NCBI RefSeq assembly: GCF_965205175.1
Contig: NZ_OZ242038.1
Location: forward strand, 2,462,627 to 2,526,626
Length of the DNA: 64,000 nucleotides
Direction of reading: 5' to 3'
From: Candidatus Poriferisodalis sp.
GTDB taxonomy: Bacteria > Actinomycetota > Acidimicrobiia > Acidimicrobiales > Poriferisodalaceae
The notes beneath the pieces were generated by a model that worked only from the letters and a program-made list of their open reading frames with translations, was not told where the DNA came from and searched no databases. This document shows, piece after piece, positions 56,964 to 64,000 of this stretch (its first letter is position 1; each line of letters begins with the position of its first letter). A program made the position numbers and the translations under genes.

Positions 56964-57191
56964 AACTGCGGTGGGGCCAACCCTGGCTTGGGTGGCGGAG
57001 GCGGAGGTGGCGGTCCGGCTGCCAGCGTCACCCGTGGTCCCCTCTACTAGCAGCAGCCCACGGCTGCCTCCTTGCGGGCGGCGATACTAGCGGTCGGCTC
57101 GCTCGGTCGCATCGTCTCGGCGCGCCGCATGAAGCTCGACGGCGTGCCTCGCGCCTGCAGCCCGCCGAACATGAGCCGAACATGATGCGGG

Positions 57192-57668
57192 TTGAGGCGT
57201 CGGCTCGGCGCGCGGAAAATGCCGCCGGGGGTGCTGCTGGGGGGCGGTAGCTTGCGTGACGTGGAGCACGCGCCGTCGCTCATCCTCGCCGCCACCTTCG
57301 CGTTCGGCGTGCTCGGGCTGCTCTGGCAGAACCGCGGCGCCAACGCGCGTCACGAGCGGCTCGAAGCCAAAATCGACGCTCGACGCACCGAACTCAGCAC
57401 CAAGATCGAACAGCGCACCGACTCACTGCGCACCGAGATGAACGAGGAACTGCGGCAGGTACGCCACGACATCACCGCCCAGACCGCAGTCATCTCAGAC
57501 CTAGCCCAGCGAGTGTCCCGACTCGAAGGCGCAATTTTGGGCCCGGCCGCCCCGCCGGACATCGACACCGGTTCACACGAGCAAGCCGCACCAGCGCCCG
57601 GCGGCGGCACCGCACGAGCCTCCACCGGGTCGGCGACGGACCCGCAGCAGGCCGCCAACCCGGCCTGA
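57192..57668 (+). CDS. Small membrane-anchored coiled-coil protein of unknown function, divergent from the operon; start uncertain
   Basis: TM SLILAATFAFGVLGLLW followed by the heptad-like ERLEAKIDARRTELSTKIEQRTDSLRTEMNEELRQVRHDITAQTAVISDLAQRVSRLEGAI. An internal GTG (VEHAPS...) is an alternative start. Confidence 0.45.
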   Translation: MRRRLGARKMPPGVLLGGGSLRDVEHAPSLILAATFAFGVLGLLWQNRGANARHERLEAKIDARRTELSTKIEQRTDSLRTEMNEELRQVRHDITAQTAVISDLAQRVSRLEGAILGPAAPPDIDTGSHEQAAPAPGGGTARASTGSATDPQQAANPA

Positions 57669-57893
57669 AGCTCCGACTCCGGGGCGGCGCAGCAGGATCC
57701 CCGGGGACTGAACAACGGGTGCCGGCGCAGCTCGCAAGCCTCGGCGGCCGCGGTGCGCGTGCAGTCTCGCGTAGCGCGGTCCGAGAGCTGCAGGCACAAT
57801 TGTCATATGTCCCTATATGAAAGTACCATAAATCTATAGATGCATGAGCAATATAGCCATACATGCATTCCCGTCATTTGCTAAAGTGTAACG

Positions 57894-59171
57894 GTGGCAG
57901 AAGCAGCAACCTTGACCATGCCCGGCTACCGGGATCGGGTCGCCGGTGCAGAGGTGGCAGCCGCCCTGCAGCGCCGAGGCGCTGTGCTGGTGCAGGGTGC
58001 AAGGAGCACCGGCAAGACATGGACATCGCGCAATCACGCCCGTTCCGAAGCGCGCCTCGACGATCCTGACATGCTCGCTATCGCCAACACCGACCCGGAC
58101 TACTTGCTCGACCGCCCCGCTCCGCTGCTGATCGACGAGTGGCAGCATGCCCCCGCACTGTGGGACCGCATTCGCCGGGCCTGCGACGACCGGTCCGGCA
58201 CCGGACACTTCATCTTGACCGGATCTGCCCGGCCGACCGATCTCATCACCCGACACACCGGCACCGGGCGCATCTCGCGGGTGCGGATGCGGCCGATGAC
58301 GCTGAGCGAGTCAGGGGCATCGTCCGGCGAAGTGTCGCTGCGCCAATTGCTCACCGACGCCGCGCGACCTGTGGCCGAGAGCCATGCCGCGCTAACCGAC
58401 GTTGCCGATGCCGTCTGCCGAGGAGGCTGGCCGGCCAACCTCGGACTCTCCCTCTCCGACGCAATCGCTGCGGCACGGGAGTACGTGGCGGAGTCGGTTC
58501 GGGCAGACATCGAAGATGCCGTCGGGGTGCGCCACAATCCTGATGCGCTCGAACGTCTCCTCCGCCTCATTGCGCACAGCTCGGCCGCTCCGATTTCCGC
58601 CGCCAAGCTTGCACGCGACATGAACCCGGCTTCGCCGCCGGCAGCTCAGACGATCTCCTCGTACTTGGACGCTCTGGGGCGCATCTTCGTCCTCGAGGAT
58701 CTTCCGGCGTGGTCTCCGGAGCTGCGTTCAAGAGCCACAGTGCGCAAGGCGCCGAAGCGGCATCTCGTGGACCCGTCGCTGGCTGCCGTGCTGATCGGAG
58801 CGTCCGCGGATCGACTCATGGCAGATTTTTCCATGTTCGGCAGCCTGTTCGAATCGCTGGTCGTGCGCGACCTGCGGGTGTATGCGCAGCCGTTGGGGTT
58901 CAGTGCGTACCACTACCGCGATTCCGACGGCAACGAGGCCGACATGGTGCTGCAAGGGCTGGACGGCACGTGGGCCGCCTTCGAAGTCAAGCTGAACTCG
59001 GGTCCGCGCCAGATTGAGGAGGCGGCTGTGGCACTCAAGCGTCTGCGAGACAAGGTTCATCCGCGGCGAACGGGTCAGCTGGCGCTGCTCGCGGTCGTCA
59101 CCGCCGTCCGCGCGGCCTACACGCGACCAGACGGCGTGGCTGTCATTCCCATCACTGCGCTTGGCCCCTGA
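57894..59171 (+). CDS. AAA-type ATPase with a DUF4143-like C-terminal domain
   Basis: 425 aa. Walker A GARSTGKT and Walker B LLIDEWQ. The overall pattern is that of the widespread AAA_14/DUF4143 ATP-binding proteins. Confidence 0.85.
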   Translation: MAEAATLTMPGYRDRVAGAEVAAALQRRGAVLVQGARSTGKTWTSRNHARSEARLDDPDMLAIANTDPDYLLDRPAPLLIDEWQHAPALWDRIRRACDDRSGTGHFILTGSARPTDLITRHTGTGRISRVRMRPMTLSESGASSGEVSLRQLLTDAARPVAESHAALTDVADAVCRGGWPANLGLSLSDAIAAAREYVAESVRADIEDAVGVRHNPDALERLLRLIAHSSAAPISAAKLARDMNPASPPAAQTISSYLDALGRIFVLEDLPAWSPELRSRATVRKAPKRHLVDPSLAAVLIGASADRLMADFSMFGSLFESLVVRDLRVYAQPLGFSAYHYRDSDGNEADMVLQGLDGTWAAFEVKLNSGPRQIEEAAVALKRLRDKVHPRRTGQLALLAVVTAVRAAYTRPDGVAVIPITALGP

Positions 59172-59193
59172 TCAGCCGGCAAGAGGCCAGCAC

Positions 59194-59214
59194 CGCTGCG
59201 GAGTCTCAGCAGCG
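59194..59214. terminator. Palindromic hairpin between convergent genes (possible bidirectional terminator)
   Basis: cgctgc-ggagtctca-gcagcg: 6-bp stem, 9-nt loop, no U-tract. It lies between the ATPase stop (59171) and the secF stop (59228). Confidence 0.3.
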
Positions 59215-59227
59215 ACGTCACGAAGGC

Positions 59228-60439
59228 TCAGCGGCGGCGGCCCTTCTTGCGTGGCCGGGGCGGAGCGCTGCGGGTGTAGCTCTCGGCGGCAAGCGCCTGG
59301 GCAGCAACCTCCATCGAGTCGTAACGGCCGGCGGCATCGGCGGCGACCTGCGCGCCGGCCCAGCCGGGCTCGTGGCCCTTCAACCATGCAACAACCGGCA
59401 TCGCCACGAAGATGGAGCTGTAGGAACCGACGAGCAGGCCGATCAACAGCGCCGTCGCAAACTCGGCCAACGTGCCGGCACCGAGGAACCCGGCACCTAC
59501 GACCAGCAGCGACAGCACCGGCAGCACCGACGTCACCGACGTATTGACCGAGCGCGTCAGCACTTGGTTGAGCGACACGTTCGCCAGCGCGTGGTACGTG
59601 AAGTGACTGCGTGCCGGCAACGACCGCTCATTGGTCTTCACACGGTCGAACACGACAATCGTGTCATACAGCGAGTAGCCCATGATGGTGAGGAACGCCA
59701 CCACCGTCGCGGGCGTCACCTCGAACCCGAACAGCGCATATGCGCCGACGGTCAACACGATGTCGTGCGCTACCGCGACCAACGCGCCGACCGACATCTT
59801 CCACTCGAAGCGGAACCACAGGTACAGCGCGATCAGCACGAAGAACACCACGAGCGCACGGCGCGCCTTGCCTGCCACCGCATCGCCGAACGACGGACTG
59901 ACCTGCCGTGACGACAGCCGCTCTACATCCACACCGACGGCGTCGGCCAGTGCTTGGGCAACGGCCGCGCCGTCTGCGCCGGGTCCGAGCACGCCCCGCA
60001 CCCGAAAGATGTCCTCCGAGCCGGTCACCACCACGAACTGCACTCGCGCATCGGGCACGCCTGCTGCTGCGGCCGCCGCAGCGACATCGTCGGTGGTCAG
60101 CCCCGGCGCTGTGGCACCACCGGAGCCATCGCCGGAACCGGCACCGGCTTGCGCTGTTTCGGCATCGTCCGCATCGGCATCTGCCTGGGCATCGTCTGCG
60201 CCGGCGCCGGCGTCCGCGTCAGCATCCGTCGCTTCGTCGGCGCTGCCGGACGGCGCGTTCACCGGGATCTCCCACACCGATCCGCCTTCGAACTCGATGC
60301 CGAGATTCAGCCCGCGCGCCAACAGCGCCACCACGCACACCAGCACAGCCACTGCCGAGCCGATGAGCACCTTGCGAGCCAGACGCAAGACGTCCCAGCT
60401 GTTCTCGCCTCGATAGAAGGTGCGCAGAGCTGCGATCAC
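59228..60439 (-). CDS. secF: Protein translocase subunit SecF
   Basis: 403 aa. GIEFEGG...VSPSFG...IALYLWFRFEW...HDIVLTVGAYALFG...VAFLTIMGYSLYDTIVVFDR. Contains an Asp/Ala-rich insert. Confidence 0.93.
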   Translation of the reverse strand: MIAALRTFYRGENSWDVLRLARKVLIGSAVAVLVCVVALLARGLNLGIEFEGGSVWEIPVNAPSGSADEATDADADAGAGADDAQADADADDAETAQAGAGSGDGSGGATAPGLTTDDVAAAAAAAGVPDARVQFVVVTGSEDIFRVRGVLGPGADGAAVAQALADAVGVDVERLSSRQVSPSFGDAVAGKARRALVVFFVLIALYLWFRFEWKMSVGALVAVAHDIVLTVGAYALFGFEVTPATVVAFLTIMGYSLYDTIVVFDRVKTNERSLPARSHFTYHALANVSLNQVLTRSVNTSVTSVLPVLSLLVVGAGFLGAGTLAEFATALLIGLLVGSYSSIFVAMPVVAWLKGHEPGWAGAQVAADAAGRYDSMEVAAQALAAESYTRSAPPRPRKKGRRR

Positions 60440-62061
60440 GTTGTGCCTCCCGCGGGCACTGCTGCCGGCGCCGCATCACGCTCAACGCTCCGCTGCACGC
60501 CGAGGCGGCGGGGCTCCTCGTTCACGAGCCGTCGAGCGATGAACACCACCAGCGGACGCATGAAGAAGTACGACACCGCCAAGTCGATGAGCGTCGCCAA
60601 CCCGAGGTACAGAGCGAAGCCCCGAACCGTCCCGCTGGTGAGCTGGTACAGCACGCCCGCGCCGATCAGCGAGGCCAAATCCGCCCACACGATGGTCCTG
60701 AAGGCACCGGCGAAGCTGGCATCGGCAGCAGACCGCACAGCTCGGCCGCGGCGGACTTCTTCCTTGATCCGTTCGTAGTAGACGATGTTGGAGTCGACCT
60801 GGACACCGATCGACACGATGATGCCGGTGGTGCCGGCCAGCGTCAGCGCCAGCCCGCGGCTCTCGCCGAGCCAGCTGATGAGCGACCACAGCACCGATCC
60901 GCTGATCGCCAAGCTGGCCACAGCCACGATGCCGAGCAGCCGGTAGTACAGCAGCATGTACAGACCCACGAGGATCAGCCCGACGATGCCGGCGATCACG
61001 CCCGCACGCAGCGTGCCCTCGCCGAGGGTTGCCGAAACGGTGCGCACGTCGTCCTGCTCGAACTCCACAGGCAGGGCGCCGAAGCGCAGTGCCACGGCCA
61101 GATCCCTAGCGCCCTCCTCGTCGAAGCTGCCCGAGATGACCGCTGTGCCCCCGAACTCGGTGGCTTGGATCACCGGAGCGGACTCGACGACGCCGTCGAG
61201 CACAATCGCCACCTGCTGTCCGTAGTGGCGGGCGGCCATGGCGTCGAAGCCCGCTGCGCCCTCGCCGGTGAGATCGACGTTGACCACCCATTCGTTGTTG
61301 AACGTTGCCGCCGCCTCAGCAACCGCGTCGCCGGTCAGCTCGGCGCTGCCCAGCACATAGCCGGTGAACTGGTCGCGGCCCGGCAGCAGCACCGCGCGTT
61401 CGGCAACGTCGGCCTCGGGCGCGGTGTACTCGGGGAACCCCGCCGCGTCGACCGCCTGAGCCTCAGCATCGGCCTCGGCGCCTTCGGCCGCAGGCCCGTC
61501 GGCGCCATCCGCGGCAGTGTCGCCGTCGCCCGCTTCACCGGCAGCCGCAGGATCGTCTGCAGCATCCCCGCCGGACGCTGCATCTTCGTCCGCGTCTGCG
61601 CTTGCATCCACGTCTGCATCGGCTTCGACCGGGCCGTTGTCCGCGTCATCGCCGGTGTCGTTGTAGGTGTTGGCGAGGTCCTGAGCGGAGCGGAATTCAG
61701 CCTCGTCGAAGGGGTTGAACATCAACAGCACGGGACGAAACCGAAGCTCGGCAGTCTGACCGACCAGGTCGACGGCCCGTTGCTTGTCCTTGACGCCAGG
61801 GAGCTGCACCACCACCTGCTCGCCTTGACGGGTGATGTCGGGCTCGGCAACGCCCAGGGCATCGACGCGGGATCGGATGATCTCGATGGCGCGGTCCAGC
61901 TGCTCGTCGTCGGCGGCAGACGCTGGGCTCAGCAGCACCTCCACGCCGCCCTGCAGCTGCACGCCGAGTACCGGTGCCCAGCCGGCGGCGAGCACGGCGG
62001 CCAGCGATCCGAATCCGACCAGGATCGCAAGCAGCAGCGAGACAATCTGCGAACGACGCAC
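60436..62061 (-). CDS. secD: Protein translocase subunit SecD
   Basis: 541 aa. LGVQLQGG...VRSRVDALGVAEP...IAVASLAISGSVLW...LTLAGTTGIIVSIGVQVDSNIVYYERIKEE. 4-nt overlap with secF. Confidence 0.93.
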   Translation of the reverse strand: MRRSQIVSLLLAILVGFGSLAAVLAAGWAPVLGVQLQGGVEVLLSPASAADDEQLDRAIEIIRSRVDALGVAEPDITRQGEQVVVQLPGVKDKQRAVDLVGQTAELRFRPVLLMFNPFDEAEFRSAQDLANTYNDTGDDADNGPVEADADVDASADADEDAASGGDAADDPAAAGEAGDGDTAADGADGPAAEGAEADAEAQAVDAAGFPEYTAPEADVAERAVLLPGRDQFTGYVLGSAELTGDAVAEAAATFNNEWVVNVDLTGEGAAGFDAMAARHYGQQVAIVLDGVVESAPVIQATEFGGTAVISGSFDEEGARDLAVALRFGALPVEFEQDDVRTVSATLGEGTLRAGVIAGIVGLILVGLYMLLYYRLLGIVAVASLAISGSVLWSLISWLGESRGLALTLAGTTGIIVSIGVQVDSNIVYYERIKEEVRRGRAVRSAADASFAGAFRTIVWADLASLIGAGVLYQLTSGTVRGFALYLGLATLIDLAVSYFFMRPLVVFIARRLVNEEPRRLGVQRSVERDAAPAAVPAGGTT

Positions 62062-62174
62062 GTCACGCCCTCACAGCCGGAAGCAACCGCGCCACGCGCC
62101 TACGCAAGCCGGTCACCGTCGAGCATCGCACGGGCCCGATCTCTGCGGAGCTGGGTTCTGCGCTGACGCCAGGC

Positions 62175-62495
62175 TCATTCCGATTCGTTGACGCCGTCCG
62201 TTACGGCCGAGTCGCCGGCACTGTCACTGTCGGCGGCGGCGGAATTGAGAATTTCGCCTACCGCGCGTCGTTGCACTCGCAGTTCCACGTCCGTGTCCAC
62301 CTCAAGGCACAGCACGTCGTTCTGTTCCTCGACCGCCACGATCTTGCCGATGACCCCGCCCACGGTCGCTACCTCGTCACCGATGTCCGCTGCACGAAGC
62401 ATCGCAGCGCGCTCGGCTGCACGCTTGCGCTGCGGTCGGATCATGAAGAAGTACATCAAGGCAAACACTGCGACGAGCAGAATGATCGAACCCAT
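62175..62495 (-). CDS. yajC: Preprotein translocase subunit YajC
   Basis: ATG at 62495 with a GAGGAG SD 6 nt upstream. MGSIILLVAVFALMYFFMIRPQRKR...GDEVATVGGVIGKIV. Confidence 0.88.
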   Translation of the reverse strand: MGSIILLVAVFALMYFFMIRPQRKRAAERAAMLRAADIGDEVATVGGVIGKIVAVEEQNDVLCLEVDTDVELRVQRRAVGEILNSAAADSDSAGDSAVTDGVNESE

Positions 62496-62741
62496 GAGGT
62501 GCTCCTCAGCGTGGTGTCGTGGGGCTGGTGACGTTCGGCGTGTGGGGACGGGCACGCCTCGCCGGCAGTGGAGCGAAGCGTCCGCGATACAGATGCGCAG
62601 CAGTCTGCGCCGTGCCGGCAGACCCGGCGTGTTGCGCGCTGCACGGAGCGCACTGCAGACCCGAGAACGGCACGGCGGGTCAGCGTAGCGGTCTGGCCGC
62701 CGTCACAGCGGACAGCGGCTCACACCCACAAGTGCCGCCGC

Positions 62742-63929
62742 TCAGCCCCAGACGTCGTTGACCTGTTCGCGGAACGCGCCGAAACGGCCCGCCTCGATCG
62801 CCGCTCGCGCATCGCTCACCAAGTCGCCGAGAAACGCAAGGTTGTGCAGCGTCAGAATGCGGCCGGCGGTCGGCTCGTTCACGCTCATCAGGTGTCGGAG
62901 ATAGCCCCGGCTGAAGCGGGCACCAGGAGGAACTCGGCCGCCGGTTCGCTCGCTGCGAGGGTCCAGCGACGCGGGGTCGCGGGCGAAGCGGGCATTTCGG
63001 ATGTTGATGCGGCCCTGAGGCGTGAGCGCCGTGCCGTGACGTCCCAGCCGGCTGGGCAGCACGCAGTCGAACATGTCCACTCCGGCGGCGATGGCATCGA
63101 CCATGCGCGCCGGGTCGCCAACTCCCATCAAGTAACGAGGCCGGTCCACAGGCAGCACCTCGGTGGCGGCACGCAGGGCCGGACCCATCTCGGCGCGGGA
63201 TTCCCCCACGGACAGCCCACCGATGCCGTATCCGTCGAAGCCCATGGACGCGACGGTCTCGGCGCTCGCCTGCCGCAACTCGGGATCGACGCCTCCTTGG
63301 CAGATGCCGAACAGCGCTTGGCCCCCGGCGGTCCCGGCCCGACGCGCAGCCTCCATGGCCGCCGCGGCCCGAGCCGCCCACAGGTGGGTGCGTTCGGTCG
63401 CCCGCCGGACATCCTCGCAGGCAGCGGGCAGTTCCGGGCAGATGTCGAGAGCCATCTGGATGTCCGATCCCAGGCGGCACTGTGCATCCACGGCGTCCTC
63501 GGGCGTCAGCCGCATCCGCGCGCCGTCGTAGGTCGAGCGAAAGGTCACGCCAGCGTCATCGACGCTCGACATCGCATCCTGCGAACCCGGCACCTGCCGA
63601 GCACGGTCCGCTCGGCCGAGGGACATGATCTGGAATCCGCCGGAATCTGTCAGGAAGTGACCGTTCCAACCGGAGAACCCGTGCAGCCCGCCGAGCGCTT
63701 CCACGACATCGATACCGGGCCGCGCCAGCAGGTGGTAGGTGTTGGCCAGCACGACCTCAAGGCCGAGGTGCTCGTAGTCGCCGGCGTCGAGGTGGACGAC
63801 TGCGCCCCGGGTGCCCACCGGCATGAACACCGGCGTCTGAAAGGTCCCGCGTGCGGTGGTGACCTGGCCGCGTCGAGCCGAGCCGTCGGTGGCCAGCAAT
63901 TCGTAAGCAGCTCTGGACTCCGAACTCAT
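62742..63929 (-). CDS. tgt: Queuine tRNA-ribosyltransferase
   Basis: 395 aa. TARGTFQTPVFMPVGT...ANTYHL...TDSGGFQ...GIGGLSVGE...RYLMGVG...DMFDCV. Confidence 0.95.
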   Translation of the reverse strand: MSSESRAAYELLATDGSARRGQVTTARGTFQTPVFMPVGTRGAVVHLDAGDYEHLGLEVVLANTYHLLARPGIDVVEALGGLHGFSGWNGHFLTDSGGFQIMSLGRADRARQVPGSQDAMSSVDDAGVTFRSTYDGARMRLTPEDAVDAQCRLGSDIQMALDICPELPAACEDVRRATERTHLWAARAAAAMEAARRAGTAGGQALFGICQGGVDPELRQASAETVASMGFDGYGIGGLSVGESRAEMGPALRAATEVLPVDRPRYLMGVGDPARMVDAIAAGVDMFDCVLPSRLGRHGTALTPQGRINIRNARFARDPASLDPRSERTGGRVPPGARFSRGYLRHLMSVNEPTAGRILTLHNLAFLGDLVSDARAAIEAGRFGAFREQVNDVWG

Positions 63930-64000
63930 GGCTCATCGCTGCGAGACAGCAGCATCGCATCGCCGAAGGACAAGAATCGGTAGCCCTCCGCCAGCGCCGT
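63926..64000 (-). CDS. queA: S-adenosylmethionine:tRNA ribosyltransferase-isomerase, C-terminal 24 codons only
   Basis: The minus-strand translation of the window end reads TALAEGYRFLSFGDAMLLSRSDEP-stop. The TGA overlaps the tgt ATG (ATGA). The YRFxSxGDAMLI-type C-terminus is typical of QueA. Confidence 0.75.
   Translation of the reverse strand, partial: TALAEGYRFLSFGDAMLLSRSDEP

Noticed and set aside
56617-57090. 157-aa plus-strand ORF across the operon 5' region
   Set aside because: It is antisense to the small membrane gene and the Pro-rich upstream ORF, with a composition typical of shadow frames.

Overview
High-GC, Actinomycetota-like chromosomal segment; I cannot assign a species. The backbone is a long co-directional run of housekeeping genes on the minus strand, in four blocks. 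Block 1: coaBC (partial)-rpoZ-gmk-mihF-pyrF-pyrD-carB-carA-pyrC(degenerate)-pyrB-pyrR. Block 2: nusB-efp-aroQ-aroB-prepilin peptidase-aroE. Block 3: mltG-ruvX-alaS-two small membrane genes-aspS-hisS-relA. Block 4: secF-secD-yajC-tgt-queA (partial). Many junctions are ATGA/GTGA/TGATG start-stop overlaps, which implies translational coupling. Three accessory blocks interrupt the backbone. (1) 12.1-22.4 kb: a Gram-positive-type Tad/Flp pilus locus (CpaB-like, TadA/CpaF ATPase, TadB, TadC, a small pilin-like gene, three TadE-like genes), headed by two large secreted proteins of unknown function. (2) 27.5-33.0 kb: a complete type II-C CRISPR-Cas locus on the plus strand (cas9-cas1-cas2, no csn2 or cas4). 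It has a 14-repeat array and a predicted tracrRNA, both apparently transcribed from the minus strand. (3) 44.3-59.2 kb: an island between relA and secF. It carries a membrane-anchored trypsin-like protease fused to a DUF1524-type nuclease and a DUF4143-type ATPase. It also carries the most interesting item in the window: a tightly coupled four-gene minus-strand operon of a small TM protein, a 1063-aa vWA membrane protein, an 1163-aa tubulin/FtsZ-like protein and an 1101-aa polytopic membrane protein. That operon contains a sharply lower-GC block and has a 13-nt G homopolymer that frameshifts its first gene. I know of no characterised function for this gene set. The many long Arg/Ala-rich ORFs in the supplied track that lie antisense to or out of frame with these genes are treated as high-GC shadow ORFs.
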